DNA of 64,000 nucleotides from an uncultured Nitrososphaerota archaeon (GCA_963718895.1 CAVRAG010000008.1:480001-544000); one strand, 5' to 3'. Counted from the stretch's first letter, positions 38,066 to 48,847 are shown. Notes: a model not told the origin generated them from the letters alone. Numbers and translations: made by a program.

Positions 38066-39541
38066 TTGGCACGAAACTACAGACAGGCGCGCTGGGACGA
38101 GCCGCTGATATCGGAGCTCAGCAGGAAGGGAAGGGCCGGGTTCGTGCCCCCCACCGACGCAAGGATCGAGGCCTGGAAGAAGGGGAGAGAGCTCCTGCCG
38201 GCCAACCTCAGGAGGACGGAACTCAGGCTGCCCGAGATAGCCGAGCTACAGGTGCTGAGACACTTCAACAGGCTCTCGCAGATGAACTTCTCGGTGGAGA
38301 CGGGGACCTACCCGCTCGGGAGCTGCACGATGAAGTACAACCCCAAGGTCTCCGAGTACATCGCCGGGACTCCCGGCATGAAGGAAGCGCACCCGCTCCA
38401 GCCGGAGGAGACGCTACAGGGGCTCATCGGAATATTCTACGACCTCTCACAGATGCTCTGTGAGATCACCGGAATGAACGGCTTCTCGCTCAGCCCGGCC
38501 GCCGGGGCGCAGGGAGAGTTCGCGGGGGTCCTGATGATCAGGAAGTACCTCCGCGACCACGGGGGAGCCGGGAGGGATGAGATCCTCGTGCCCGACTCGG
38601 CCCACGGAACCAACCCCGCAAGCGCCGCGATGGGTGGGTTCAGGGTCGTGAAGGTCGCTTCCGACGAGCGAGGCCTGGTCAGAGCGAGCGAGGTACGGAA
38701 GCTCGTATCCGAGAAGACCGCCGGGATGATGCTCACTGTGCCCAACACCCTCGGCCTCTTCGAGAGCGAGGTGGAGGAGGTCTCACGCGCCGTCCACGAC
38801 GCCGGCGGCCTGATGTACTACGACGGCGCCAACATGAACGCGCTCCTGGGGAAGGCGCGACCGGGCGACATGGGATTCGACATCGTCCACCTCAACCTAC
38901 ACAAGACCTTCGCGACTCCCCACGGCGGTGGGGGTCCCGGGGCCGGCCCGGTGGGGGTCACCCAGAGGCTCACGGAGTATCTCCCCGTCCCCGTGGTCAC
39001 CAAGAAGGGGGAGACCTATCACCTCGACTACGACCTTCCCAAGAGCATCGGGAGGCTGAAGGGGAGCTACGCCAACTCGGCGATACTCCTGAGGGCGTAC
39101 TGCTACATCAGGCTGCTGGGCTCGGACGGGCTCGATTCGGTCTCGAGCCTCTCCGTCCTCGCCGCCAACTACCTGCTCTCGAAGCTCGACCCGACCGCCT
39201 ATCCGCTGTTGCAGGGCAAGGGGCTGCGGAGGAAGCACGAGGCGGTGGTCTCTGTGAACGGGTCGCACAGCGGCGGCGCCATGAAGGTCGCCAAGGCCCT
39301 CTTGGACTATGGGGTTCACTCACCGACGGTGTACTTCCCCCTGACGGTAGAGGAGGCGCTGATGATAGAGCCGACCGAGACCGAGACGCTCGAGGCGCTC
39401 GACGAGTACGCCGATCTGCTCAACGACCTGTACGGGAGGTTGGAGAGGGGCGAGCTCGAGCACGAGCCCAAGAACACGACCGTCGGCAGGATCGACGAAG
39501 TGAAGGCTTCTCACCCTCTCTCCCTTAAGGTTAAGTGGTGA
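38066..39541 (+). CDS. gcvPB: Glycine decarboxylase subunit 2
   Basis: LGSCTMKYNP, SAHGTNPAS, HLNLHKTF.TPHGGGGPG. Confidence 0.95.
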   Translation: MARNYRQARWDEPLISELSRKGRAGFVPPTDARIEAWKKGRELLPANLRRTELRLPEIAELQVLRHFNRLSQMNFSVETGTYPLGSCTMKYNPKVSEYIAGTPGMKEAHPLQPEETLQGLIGIFYDLSQMLCEITGMNGFSLSPAAGAQGEFAGVLMIRKYLRDHGGAGRDEILVPDSAHGTNPASAAMGGFRVVKVASDERGLVRASEVRKLVSEKTAGMMLTVPNTLGLFESEVEEVSRAVHDAGGLMYYDGANMNALLGKARPGDMGFDIVHLNLHKTFATPHGGGGPGAGPVGVTQRLTEYLPVPVVTKKGETYHLDYDLPKSIGRLKGSYANSAILLRAYCYIRLLGSDGLDSVSSLSVLAANYLLSKLDPTAYPLLQGKGLRRKHEAVVSVNGSHSGGAMKVAKALLDYGVHSPTVYFPLTVEEALMIEPTETETLEALDEYADLLNDLYGRLERGELEHEPKNTTVGRIDEVKASHPLSLKVKW

Positions 39542-39560
39542 GGCGGGAGCAAGACTGCGC

Positions 39561-39851
39561 ATGTCCGAGGAACTGGCGACTAGGGCAAAGGAGGCCATCT
39601 ACGGTCTGGTCGAGGAGGAGACCGGGAGGAAGCTCGGAGAGCTGACGATAGTGACGGAGGTCGTGGAGGTCGCTCCAGGCGCGATAAAGGTCAGGTTCAC
39701 GCCCCTCACCGCCTACAGCCCCACCGCCGTCGATCTGGGAAGGAGGATAAGGGACGCAGCCGGGAAGGTGGAGGGGGTGAACAAGACGGTCGTGGAGTGC
39801 GACGGGCACATGCAGGACGAGCTCGTAAACAAGCTCGTCAACCCTGCCTAG
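39561..39851 (+). CDS. DUF59/SufT-like protein
   Basis: EETG..LGEL, FTPLTAYSP; the usual Cys is replaced by Ser. Confidence 0.6.
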   Translation: MSEELATRAKEAIYGLVEEETGRKLGELTIVTEVVEVAPGAIKVRFTPLTAYSPTAVDLGRRIRDAAGKVEGVNKTVVECDGHMQDELVNKLVNPA

Positions 39852-39992
39852 CCCGTCTTGCCCTCATCCAGGGCTACATAGCATGCTTCCGTAGTGATCT
39901 TCTGTAGTTAGTGTACATTCTGTAAACCATTGGTGGAAGGTTTTGACCCCGAGGCTGATTAATCCTGAGGCTGTACAGGATAGACTCACAAG

Positions 39993-41012
39993 ATGTCAAT
40001 CGCCTCTTCTGGTCAAGTTTTGGCTCTCGGCATCGGCAGCGCCGGGGCAAGAATCGTATCCGCACTCAGCAAACAGACGACGCTGGTCGACAGGTTCGCG
40101 TACATCTCCTGCGACCCGGCGGACTTGGCGTCCGTCGAGGGCGGTCAGAAGGTCCTGATCGAGTGTCCGATCGACCAGAAGCTCACACCGTCCATGGTCC
40201 GGGGCCTCTCTATCCCCTATCAGTCTCAGATGCGGACGCTGGTGGAGGGAGCCAAGGTCGTATTCATCGTAGCCGGCCTCGGGCGTGCGACCGGGAGTGG
40301 TCTCGCCCCCGTCGTGGCGGAGCTCGCGAAGGAGAGCGGTGCGGACACCGTCAGCATCGCGGTCATGCCGTTCGGCTTCGAGGAGAAGCTAAGGTTCTAT
40401 GCAGGCCTTGCGCTCAGGCGCCTCAGGAACGTTTCGAGGGGCGTGGTCGTGGTCGACAACGACACCCTGCTCAAGAGCACGTCGGACGCGACCCTGAAGG
40501 AGATCTACGAGATGGCGAACTCCGAGGCTGTGACCGCTCTCGGCTCTCTGCTTTCGAGACAGTCCGAAGACTCCATCCCGGTGGGGCTCAACAAGGTGCT
40601 GGGGACGGTCTTCGAGGGTGGTTACTCGTTCCTCAGCTCCGCTTCGTCCGGGTCTGTGGACAAGACCGAGGAGGCGCTCTCGCGGGCGGTCATTGGGATA
40701 AGCAAGAGGGCGGAGACGAAGGAGGCGAATCACGCCGTGGTGGTCCTCACCGGGGACTCAGGTCTCAGAGCCGGAGAGACCGCGACCGCCGTCAAGCGCC
40801 TGGGCTCCATGTTCGGGAACAGCGCCATAGACGTCGAGTACAGCGTCAGTTACACGGGAGGTTCGCAGCTTCAGGTGAGCGTCCTGGCCTCTGGGTTCAA
40901 GGCGACGAGCTACGACGAGTTCGACCCGCTTGCGTCCCTGCGGACAGTCATAGACGACAGCATGGACTACTCCCTCCCCTCGGGGCTCGAGGGCCTGCGC
41001 TCGTGCGAGTGA
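39993..41012 (+). CDS. ftsZ: Divergent FtsZ/tubulin-family protein
   Basis: GIGSAG, AGLGRATGSGLAP, MPFGFE, VDND, VSVLASG. Confidence 0.8.
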   Translation: MSIASSGQVLALGIGSAGARIVSALSKQTTLVDRFAYISCDPADLASVEGGQKVLIECPIDQKLTPSMVRGLSIPYQSQMRTLVEGAKVVFIVAGLGRATGSGLAPVVAELAKESGADTVSIAVMPFGFEEKLRFYAGLALRRLRNVSRGVVVVDNDTLLKSTSDATLKEIYEMANSEAVTALGSLLSRQSEDSIPVGLNKVLGTVFEGGYSFLSSASSGSVDKTEEALSRAVIGISKRAETKEANHAVVVLTGDSGLRAGETATAVKRLGSMFGNSAIDVEYSVSYTGGSQLQVSVLASGFKATSYDEFDPLASLRTVIDDSMDYSLPSGLEGLRSCE

Positions 41013-41021
41013 GCTACCCGC

Positions 41022-42725
41022 TCACTGCCTGAAATAGTCCTTGGCGTCGGTGCTCTTCGTAACTATCGACTTTATCCGCTCGATTTCCGTCTTCTCGAGC
41101 TTCTTGAAGAGAATCTCGGGCTTCTCGATGACCACCCTCTCCAGCGGGAGAGAGACGTCTTTCCACTCTGGCCTGGCGTCGAGCTTGAGGAACCCGTAGA
41201 TCCTCCTCGACGATTCGGGGAGATAGGGGTCCAGCAGGACGGCCAAGACCCTGCAGATGCTCACGCACGAGTAGATGACCTGCCTGCACCTCTCCCGGTC
41301 CTGTTTTATCAACACCCAGGGCTGACTCCTCTGGAAGTACTCGTTGCCGATCGTCGCGATCTGCAGGATGTTCTTCATGGCGTCACGTATCCTGACTTCT
41401 CGGAGCGCCTGGTCGGCCTCCGCTACCTCGGCGAGGACCTTCCGCTGGATCTCTCTGTCCTCCTCTTCGAGATCTACCGGCTCGACTACGCCGCCGAGGA
41501 AGTTCGAGGTGAACGTCAGCGTCCTGTGGACGAAGTTGCCGATGTTGGCCACGAGCTCGTTGTTGACCCGGTTCTCGAACTCGTCCCACTTGAACTCGGT
41601 GTCCTTGGTCTCGGGGATGAGGTAGGTGAGGTAGTACCTCCAGATGTCAGGTGCGAGCCCCGACTCGACGACCTTCTCGCAGAATATGCCCCAGTTCCTC
41701 GATTTTGAGATCTTGTCGCCTTCGTAGTTGCAGTACTGGAGCCCGACGACGTCGTAGGGCAGGTTGAAGTCGCCGTGGGCCATCAGCATCCCCGGCCAGA
41801 AGATGGTGTGGAACGGGATGTTGTCCTTCCCGAGGAAGTTGTAGACCGTCGTGCTTGGGTCGAGCCAGTAGGGCTTCCAGGCCTCCGGGTCTCCGGACCT
41901 CTGCGCCCACTCCTTCGTCGAGGAGATGTATCCTATCGGCGCGTCGAACCAGACGTAGAATATCTTGTCCTCGTACCCCTTCAGGGGGACAGGGACTCCC
42001 CATTTCAGGTCCCTTGTGATGCTCCTCTTCTTCAGGCCTTCGTCTATCCAGGCGAGCGCCAGAGAGGTGACCTGCCTCCTCCAGAGCTCCTTCGATCTTA
42101 TCCAGCTCTCTAGGCTCGCCTCCACCTTGCCGAGCTCGAGGAACAGGTTGTCGCTGTCCCGGAATACTGGGGTGCTGCCGTCGATCTTGCATTTCGGGTC
42201 TATGAGCTGCGACGGCTCGAGGAGGGTCGCGCAGTTCTCGCACTGGTCGCCGCGCGCAAACTCATACCCGCAGACGGGGCAGGTGCCCTGGATGTACCGG
42301 TCCGCGAGGAAGAGCCTGTCGTGCTCGCAGTAGGGCAGGCGGAGCACGCCCGCCGAGACGAAGCCCTTCTCGTAGATCCTCAGGAAGAAGTCCTGCGTGG
42401 TCCTGTGGTGGACCGGGAGGGAGGTCCTCGAGAAGTTGTCGTAGGATATCTCGAACCAGTCGTAGATGCGCTTGTGGACAGCGTAGAACACGTCCGTGAG
42501 CCGCTGGGTCGAGACCTTGAGCTCCAGGGCGGCGACCTCCGTAGGGGTCCCGTTCTCGTCGGCGCCCCCGATGAGCAGGGTCTCGTATCCCTTGAGCCTG
42601 CAGTACCTGGCGAAGATGTCGGCCGGGAGGTGCGAACCCACTATGTTCCCGACGTGCGGGACCGCGTTCGTGTAGGGCAGGGCGCACAGCACGAGGACGC
42701 GCTTCTTCCCGCTCTCGCTCGACAA
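41022..42725 (-). CDS. metG: Methionine--tRNA ligase
   Basis: HVGN, zinc knuckles, YVWFDAPIGY, KISKS. Confidence 0.95.
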   Translation of the reverse strand: MSSESGKKRVLVLCALPYTNAVPHVGNIVGSHLPADIFARYCRLKGYETLLIGGADENGTPTEVAALELKVSTQRLTDVFYAVHKRIYDWFEISYDNFSRTSLPVHHRTTQDFFLRIYEKGFVSAGVLRLPYCEHDRLFLADRYIQGTCPVCGYEFARGDQCENCATLLEPSQLIDPKCKIDGSTPVFRDSDNLFLELGKVEASLESWIRSKELWRRQVTSLALAWIDEGLKKRSITRDLKWGVPVPLKGYEDKIFYVWFDAPIGYISSTKEWAQRSGDPEAWKPYWLDPSTTVYNFLGKDNIPFHTIFWPGMLMAHGDFNLPYDVVGLQYCNYEGDKISKSRNWGIFCEKVVESGLAPDIWRYYLTYLIPETKDTEFKWDEFENRVNNELVANIGNFVHRTLTFTSNFLGGVVEPVDLEEEDREIQRKVLAEVAEADQALREVRIRDAMKNILQIATIGNEYFQRSQPWVLIKQDRERCRQVIYSCVSICRVLAVLLDPYLPESSRRIYGFLKLDARPEWKDVSLPLERVVIEKPEILFKKLEKTEIERIKSIVTKSTDAKDYFRQ

Positions 42726-42739
42726 GTGAATCCTTCTTC

Positions 42740-43972
42740 CTAGGTCTTCCAGCTCTCGGCATACTTCAGCTGAGCCTTCGTGGCCCTGTCTATGGAGATG
42801 CCCAGGGAATCAAGGGTCGCAAGAGCCACCTGGCTCTCTATCTCAGGAGGGACATCCAGGACCCTGGCCACGAGGTTGGAGTGGTTCTTCAGGACGTACA
42901 GCGCGCACATGAACTGGTTGGCGAACGACATCTGCATGACCTCCGGCGGGTGTCCCTCCGCCGCTACAAGGTTCACTATCCTTCCTTTGGCCAGGAGGTA
43001 GACCTTCTTGCCGTCTGGGAGGACGACCTCGTCGACGTTCGGCCTCACGCCCCGGACGGACTTGGCCTTGCGCAGGAGGGTCTTGACGTCTATCTCGACG
43101 TCGAAGTGTCCCGCGTTCGAGAGTATCGCCCCATCCCTCATGAGCTCGACGGCCGAGTACGGGATGACATCCTTCATCCCGGTGCAGGTGATGAACACCT
43201 CGCCCCTGCGTGCGGCCTCCCTGATCGACGCGACCTCGAAACCGTCGAGGTGGGCCTCCAGCGACTTTATCGGGTCGACCTCCACGACGGTCACCCTCGC
43301 GCCGAGTCCGGCTGCTCTCTTGGCGACCCCCTTCCCGACCCACCCGTACCCGACGACCACCACCGCCTTCCCGGCGATGAGCAGCGCCGTCGCCCTCAGT
43401 ATCCCGTCGAAGGTGCTCTGCCCTGTGCCGTAGCGGTTGTCGAAAAGGTGCTTGGTCTTGGCGTTGTTTATCGCGATGATAGGATACCCCAGCTTGCCCT
43501 CCCTCTCCAGAGCGGTGATCCTCACGACGCCAGTCGTGGTCTCCTCACAGCCTCCGAGGACGCTGTCGAGCCGGGCGGACATCGCTGCGACGTGCAGGTC
43601 GGCTCCGTCATCTATCAGTATCTTCGGCTTCTGGGCCACTACCTGCTTGATGCACCACTCGTATTCCTTCGCCGTCTGCCCCTTCCAGGCCCAGACCTCG
43701 GCCTCCCTCGCGAGGAAGGCGGCTATGTCGTCCTGGGTCGAGAGCGGGTTCGCTGCGGCGAGCTTGACGTCGGCCCCCGCCTTTGCCAGTGCGTCGACGA
43801 GGACGGACGTCTCCTTGGTGACGTGCAGGCAGACCCCGACGGTCACCCCCTTGAGCGGCTTTCCCTTGGAGTAGCGCTCGGATAGAGTGTTGAGGGCGAC
43901 CATGTGGTTCTTCGCCCAGAGGAAGTTCCTCTCCCCTTCCTCGGCGAGTCTAGAATCGGCTATCTTTCCCAT
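42740..43972 (-). CDS. ahcY: Adenosylhomocysteinase
   Basis: NPLSTQD, EETTTG, FDNRYGTGQS, GHP. Confidence 0.95.
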   Translation of the reverse strand: MGKIADSRLAEEGERNFLWAKNHMVALNTLSERYSKGKPLKGVTVGVCLHVTKETSVLVDALAKAGADVKLAAANPLSTQDDIAAFLAREAEVWAWKGQTAKEYEWCIKQVVAQKPKILIDDGADLHVAAMSARLDSVLGGCEETTTGVVRITALEREGKLGYPIIAINNAKTKHLFDNRYGTGQSTFDGILRATALLIAGKAVVVVGYGWVGKGVAKRAAGLGARVTVVEVDPIKSLEAHLDGFEVASIREAARRGEVFITCTGMKDVIPYSAVELMRDGAILSNAGHFDVEIDVKTLLRKAKSVRGVRPNVDEVVLPDGKKVYLLAKGRIVNLVAAEGHPPEVMQMSFANQFMCALYVLKNHSNLVARVLDVPPEIESQVALATLDSLGISIDRATKAQLKYAESWKT

Positions 43973-44017
43973 TTCTGAGTTCGCGGCTCTGGCGCGCCCA
44001 CCATTATTAAAATGCGA

Positions 44018-44723
44018 TTAGGCGTACTCGATCGCCCGTTCGACCAGCCTCTTGATGCGGGGGGAGTTCCTGCTCATCATAGCCACGACCTCCTCGTGCG
44101 AGATCCTGTCCTGGATGCCTGCGGCCCTGTTTGTCCCGACCACAACGGAAGAGTATCGCATCCCCAGCTCGTTCGCGAGGATGGCCTCGGGAGCCCCGGT
44201 CATTCCTACGACGTCGGCCCCGAGAAGCCCGAACATCCGGATCTCCGGCGGCAGTCTCGTACCTCGGCCCGTCGACCGAGAGATAGACGAGGCCGGCGGT
44301 CAGTCTGATCCGCAGAGCGGAGGCGGCCCCCAGGATGAGGGTCTGAAGCTCGGGGTCATAGGGGTGCGTCATGTCGACGTGTACGGGTCGCCGGTCGAAG
44401 AAGGTGAGGTGCCTCTTCGACAGGTCGATGAACTGGTCGAGCAGACCCAGCCCGCCCACGGGAAGCTTGCCGCTGATCGATCCCACCGCAGAGGTCGCTA
44501 TCACGCGCTCGACGCCGGCATCCTTGAGCGCCCGCAGGTTGGCCTTGAAGTTGATGCGGTGTGGGGGCATCGAGTGGTCCGGTCCGTGCCGAGGGAGGAA
44601 CAGAAACTCGCGCCCCGCCGCCGTGCAGGGGTACATCCTCGCCTCGCCGTAGGGGGTCTTGGCGCGCACCTCCGCCGCGATGGGGAATAGGTCGTGCATT
44701 CCGCTGCCCGCTATGACCGCCAT
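44018..44723 (-). pseudogene. Second MTAP/PNP-family phosphorylase with a 1-nt frameshift (pseudogene or assembly error)
   Basis: PRHG..PPH, GPRYETAA, extra base near 44246, then EIRMFGLLGADVVGMT in another frame. Confidence 0.75.
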
Positions 44724-44765
44724 GGGGGCGCGGTGAGTCTTCCGGCTCTGGCGCCTCTTCAGACC

Positions 44766-45311
44766 CTACTCATCCTCTGAGGCGTACTGGACCAGCGAGA
44801 AGACCTCGTAGCGGCCGAGCTTCTCCCGCCCGTGCAGGAACACCAGTTCGACCACGAAGGCGAGCCCGACGACCGTCCCGCCCATCCGCTCGACCAGCCT
44901 GGTGGCAGCCAGCGCGGTGCCTGCGGTCGCCATCAGGTCGTCGACGATTAGGACGTGTTCGCCGGACTGGACGGAGTCCTTGTGCATCTCGAGCCCGTCC
45001 ATCCGGTACTCGAGCTGGTACTCCTCCGTGATCCTCTCGGCCGGCAGCTTTCCCAGCTTCCTCGCCGGTATGAACCCCACGCCGAACCGCTCCGCCAGGA
45101 GAGCGCCGAAGACGAAGCCTCTCGCCTCTATGCCCAGGACCTTGTCGACCCTCCTGTCCTTGAAGTGGTCGTGTATCTCCTCGACGCTCTTGACCAGAAG
45201 CGGCTCGTCCTTCCAGAGGGTGGTGATGTCCCTGAAGACGATCCCTTTCTTGGGGAAATCCGGGACCCTGCGGATGGAGTTCTTCATCCGGAGGGCGAGG
45301 TCCGCGTCCAT
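44766..45311 (-). CDS. apt: Adenine phosphoribosyltransferase
   Basis: PDFPKKGIVFRDIT, IEARGF, VDDLMAT. Confidence 0.95.
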   Translation of the reverse strand: MDADLALRMKNSIRRVPDFPKKGIVFRDITTLWKDEPLLVKSVEEIHDHFKDRRVDKVLGIEARGFVFGALLAERFGVGFIPARKLGKLPAERITEEYQLEYRMDGLEMHKDSVQSGEHVLIVDDLMATAGTALAATRLVERMGGTVVGLAFVVELVFLHGREKLGRYEVFSLVQYASEDE

Positions 45312-46114
45312 CAGACCTTCAGCCTCGCGTTCTCCAGGGCCGACCCGCACGGGCAGGACCGCTTCTCGGGTATCTCCCCGACCATCTCCATGATGAGTTT
45401 CCTCAGGTTCTCAAGGTTCTGGTTGAAGATCCTGATCACTCCCTCGTGGGAGACCGGTTTGACGCTGGGGTCTCCCTCGAGCCCCGAGTCGTAGTCCGTG
45501 ACGAGTGAGATGTTCACGTAGCACATCTCGAGCTCCCGGGCGAGGACGACTTCGGGATACTGCGTCATGTTGATCACGTCCCAGCCCTGCTCCCTGAAGA
45601 ACCGGCTCTCGGACTTGGTCGAGAATCGGGGGCCCTGGATCACAACGACGGTCCCACGGGGATAGAACGGGATGCCGAGCTTCTCCGCTGCCTCGCAGGC
45701 GATCGTCCTCAGCTCCGGGCAGTAGGGGTCGGCTGTGCTGATGTGGGTGGTCTCGGGGCCGTCGAAGAAGGTGTCCTTCCTGCCTGTCGTGAAGTGGACG
45801 AACTGGTCGCATATCACAAATTCGCCGGGCTTCCTCTGCGGATCCAGGCTCCCCACCGCGCAGGGACCGATCACCCGCTCGACGCCGACCTGCCTGAAGG
45901 CCGAGAGATTCGCCCGGTACGGGACCATGTGAGGGGGAAACTGGTGCTGTTCGCCGTGTCTCGGGATGAACGCGACGTCCTGCGACCCGACCCTGGAGAG
46001 CTTCAGCGGGGAGCTCGGAGGCCCGTAGGGCGTCTCCACCTCCAGCTCCTCGTACTCCTTCAGGAACTTGTAGAACCCGGATCCGCCGAAGATGCCCAGT
46101 CTCGCCCGTTTCAC
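45311..46114 (-). CDS. mtnP: 5'-methylthioadenosine phosphorylase
   Basis: GGSG, PRHG, GPRFST, NMT, TDYD. Confidence 0.9.
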   Translation of the reverse strand: MKRARLGIFGGSGFYKFLKEYEELEVETPYGPPSSPLKLSRVGSQDVAFIPRHGEQHQFPPHMVPYRANLSAFRQVGVERVIGPCAVGSLDPQRKPGEFVICDQFVHFTTGRKDTFFDGPETTHISTADPYCPELRTIACEAAEKLGIPFYPRGTVVVIQGPRFSTKSESRFFREQGWDVINMTQYPEVVLARELEMCYVNISLVTDYDSGLEGDPSVKPVSHEGVIRIFNQNLENLRKLIMEMVGEIPEKRSCPCGSALENARLKV

Positions 46115-46219
46115 AGTGGTCCTCCGGCTTTGAGTGCTTAAAATCTTTGAAAGGGCAGACGACCGTTCTCTGCCTCGGTCAGACACACTTTATCCGCAGG
46201 CCTGCCAGTCGAACCCCCC

Positions 46220-46987
46220 TTGGCCGCAGGCGACTTCGGCAGGATCGCGGAGATCTATGACGCCACCAGGTCGCTCCCTGAGGAGGAGATGCGCCTTCTC
46301 GTTGATGCGCTCGCGACCGTGGTCCCAGGGAGCGGTCCAATCGTCGACCTAGGTGTCGGGACGGGTCGGTTTGCCAAGCCCCTTCAGGATAGGGGGTACG
46401 AGGTGATGGGCATCGACCTCTCCAAGGGAATGATGGTCAAGGCGAAGGTGAAGGGAGTTCGCGAGCTCTTCTTCGCGGACATCGAGAGGATTCCTTTCAG
46501 GGACGAGGTCTTCGAGGCAGCCCTGCTCGTGCACGTCCTCCATCTGGTCGGGGACTGGCGGGCGGTGGTGAGGGAGGCGGCCAGGGTATCGCGTGGCTCG
46601 GTCATCTCGGTCATCGAGGCCGGTGAAGGAAACGGCCGAGACGTGATGAGGGACGAATACAGGGAGATGAGGGTTGCGATGGGGTATCCGCTCAATCGCT
46701 TCGAGAAGGGCGAGGGGGGACTCCGTGAGAAGGTGCCACCGGCCAGGGTCATCCCGGTCGTTGAGGCAGAACGCGTGGCGCACGCGGACGATGAGATCCG
46801 GCACCTGGAAGCAAGGGGCCAGTCGCTCACCTGGGACGTCCCGGAGGAGACTCACAAGAGGATAATCATGGAGCTGACCGCAAAGCACGGCGGCACCGAG
46901 CTGCGCTCGAAGAGCAGGATAGAGGTCGCGGTCTGGTCGGCAACGGGTCTCCGGCAGCTAGACCTTACGAGCCACCAGAAGGGTTGA
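46220..46987 (+). CDS. Class I SAM-dependent methyltransferase
   Basis: VDLGVGTGRF, GIDLS. Confidence 0.85.
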   Translation: MAAGDFGRIAEIYDATRSLPEEEMRLLVDALATVVPGSGPIVDLGVGTGRFAKPLQDRGYEVMGIDLSKGMMVKAKVKGVRELFFADIERIPFRDEVFEAALLVHVLHLVGDWRAVVREAARVSRGSVISVIEAGEGNGRDVMRDEYREMRVAMGYPLNRFEKGEGGLREKVPPARVIPVVEAERVAHADDEIRHLEARGQSLTWDVPEETHKRIIMELTAKHGGTELRSKSRIEVAVWSATGLRQLDLTSHQKG

Positions 46988-47017
46988 AATACTCGCCGGC
47001 GACGAACGGGAAATCCG

Positions 47018-47434
47018 TTGAGCAGAGAATACGACGAGCTCCTTTCGAGGGCGCAGGCGGGGCTCCAGAAGATATCGACCAAGTCCTCACTCAACAGGCT
47101 GGAGCTTCCCGAGCCCCAGGTCATCTGGGTCGGCAAGAAGACCATCCTCAGGAACTACTCCGAGTTCCCCAAGCTCTTCAGGAGGGACCCTGACAGGGTC
47201 CTGATGTACCTAGCCAAGGAGCTCGCGACCGCCGCCTCCATCGACGGGGAAAGGGCCATCTTCATCGGCAGGAAGGACAAGGCCTCGTTCATGCAGCTGT
47301 TCCAGAAGTACATGTCGGACAACGTGACGTGCCCGGTCTGCGGCAGCCCGGACACGCGGATTGAGACGGTTAGCAGGCTCCACTTCAGGGTCTGCGAGGC
47401 GTGCGGGGCACGCTCATCAGCCAAGGTAAACTAA
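47018..47434 (+). CDS. eif2b: Translation initiation factor aIF-2 beta
   Basis: YLAKELAT, CPVCGSPDT..CEACGA. Confidence 0.95.
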   Translation: MSREYDELLSRAQAGLQKISTKSSLNRLELPEPQVIWVGKKTILRNYSEFPKLFRRDPDRVLMYLAKELATAASIDGERAIFIGRKDKASFMQLFQKYMSDNVTCPVCGSPDTRIETVSRLHFRVCEACGARSSAKVN

Positions 47435-47435
47435 C

Positions 47436-47747
47436 ATGTCCGACGGCGGCCTCTCGGTAAGGAGCATGAGCTGGAAGGATACCACGCTGATCAATATCTG
47501 CGACGTCGACCTCATCGGGAGGACCCTGAACGAGGGCAAGCTGGAGATGCACATCTCCCGAGAGTACTTTGGCGGGCAGATAGTGGACAGCACCGAGGCG
47601 CTCCGGATGATGAAGGCCTCGTCGATCGTGAACCTCGCGGGCGAGCGGGCCGTCGACATCGCGCTGGTCAACAAGCTGGGGGCCGAACAGGCGGTCAGGC
47701 GGATAGAGGGCGTCCCCTTTCTGATGATCTACAAGTTCTCTTACTGA
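47436..47747 (+). CDS. DUF424 protein
   Basis: [23 protein letters not shown]. Confidence 0.85.
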   Translation: MSDGGLSVRSMSWKDTTLINICDVDLIGRTLNEGKLEMHISREYFGGQIVDSTEALRMMKASSIVNLAGERAVDIALVNKLGAEQAVRRIEGVPFLMIYKFSY

Positions 47748-48835
47748 AGCTTCCCTTCCTCCAGCACCTTGCGCAGCAGGTCCTTCTGCTTGCCGCTGAG
47801 GCTCTTCGGGATGAAGATGTTCGCGATTACGTACTCGTCGCCGTTGCCGTGGTGGCCTAGCTTGGGAAGACCCTTGCCCTTGATCCTGAACTCGTGTCCA
47901 AGCGGTGTCCCGGCGGGGATGTCGAGGTTGACGTCGCCGTAGAGCGTGGGGACGCGCACGTTCGTCCCGAGCATCGCCTCGACGGCGCTCAGGCGGGTCT
48001 CGACGAAGAGATCAGCGTCCCTCCTCCTGTAGACCGGGTGGTCCGGAATGCTGATCACGACGTAGAGGTCGCCGGACGGGGTCCCTCTCGGCCCTGCCTC
48101 GCCCTCGCCTCTGAGGCGGAGAGTGTGGCCGTTGTCCACTCCGGCCGGAATCTCCAATCTAATCTTCCTGGTCCGCCGCACGACCCCGCGCCCCCTGCAC
48201 TCCCTGCAGGGAGTGTCAATTATGGAGCCTCGGCCGCCGCACTTGCCGCATGTCTCGACCCGGATGAAGCGGGCAAACCCGGCGTTCTGCATCCTCTGGA
48301 CCTGGCCGGCGCCGCCACACTGCGGGCAGGTGCGGGGCGATGTCCCCGGCGCCGCCCCGCTTCCCGCGCAGACGGGACACGCCTCGTCCCGCGGAATCTC
48401 GACCTCGCGTGTTGTGTCCCTGACTGTGTCCTCCAGCCGCATCTGCACGCGGACGGAGAGGTCGCTCCCGCGCTGAGGTCCCCGCCTTGCGCCTCCGCCG
48501 AAGAGCTGGCTGAAGATGTCATCGAAGCCCCCGAATCCCGTCCCCCGGAAGACGTCCGAGAAGTCGGTCCCTCTGAATATGTCCTCCTCCGATCCGTACC
48601 TCTGGTAGACGCCCTCCCTCCCTGAGACGTCGTACTGCCTCCGCTTGTCGTCGTCCGAGAGTACGGCGTAGGCCTCGGAAATCTGCTTGAACCTCTCCTC
48701 CGCCCCCGGGTCCTTGTTCCGGTCCGGGTGGTACTGAAGGGCGAGCTTCCGGTAGGCGGCCTTGATGTCGTCCTTCGGAGCGTCCCTCTTCACTCCTAGG
48801 ATATCATAGAAGTCCTGGGAGGGAGAGCCGCTCAT
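47741..48835 (-). CDS. dnaJ: Chaperone DnaJ
   Basis: HPD, four CxxCxGxG repeats. Confidence 0.97.
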   Translation of the reverse strand: MSGSPSQDFYDILGVKRDAPKDDIKAAYRKLALQYHPDRNKDPGAEERFKQISEAYAVLSDDDKRRQYDVSGREGVYQRYGSEEDIFRGTDFSDVFRGTGFGGFDDIFSQLFGGGARRGPQRGSDLSVRVQMRLEDTVRDTTREVEIPRDEACPVCAGSGAAPGTSPRTCPQCGGAGQVQRMQNAGFARFIRVETCGKCGGRGSIIDTPCRECRGRGVVRRTRKIRLEIPAGVDNGHTLRLRGEGEAGPRGTPSGDLYVVISIPDHPVYRRRDADLFVETRLSAVEAMLGTNVRVPTLYGDVNLDIPAGTPLGHEFRIKGKGLPKLGHHGNGDEYVIANIFIPKSLSGKQKDLLRKVLEEGKLQ

Positions 48836-48847
48836 GTAGTCCGGCGC

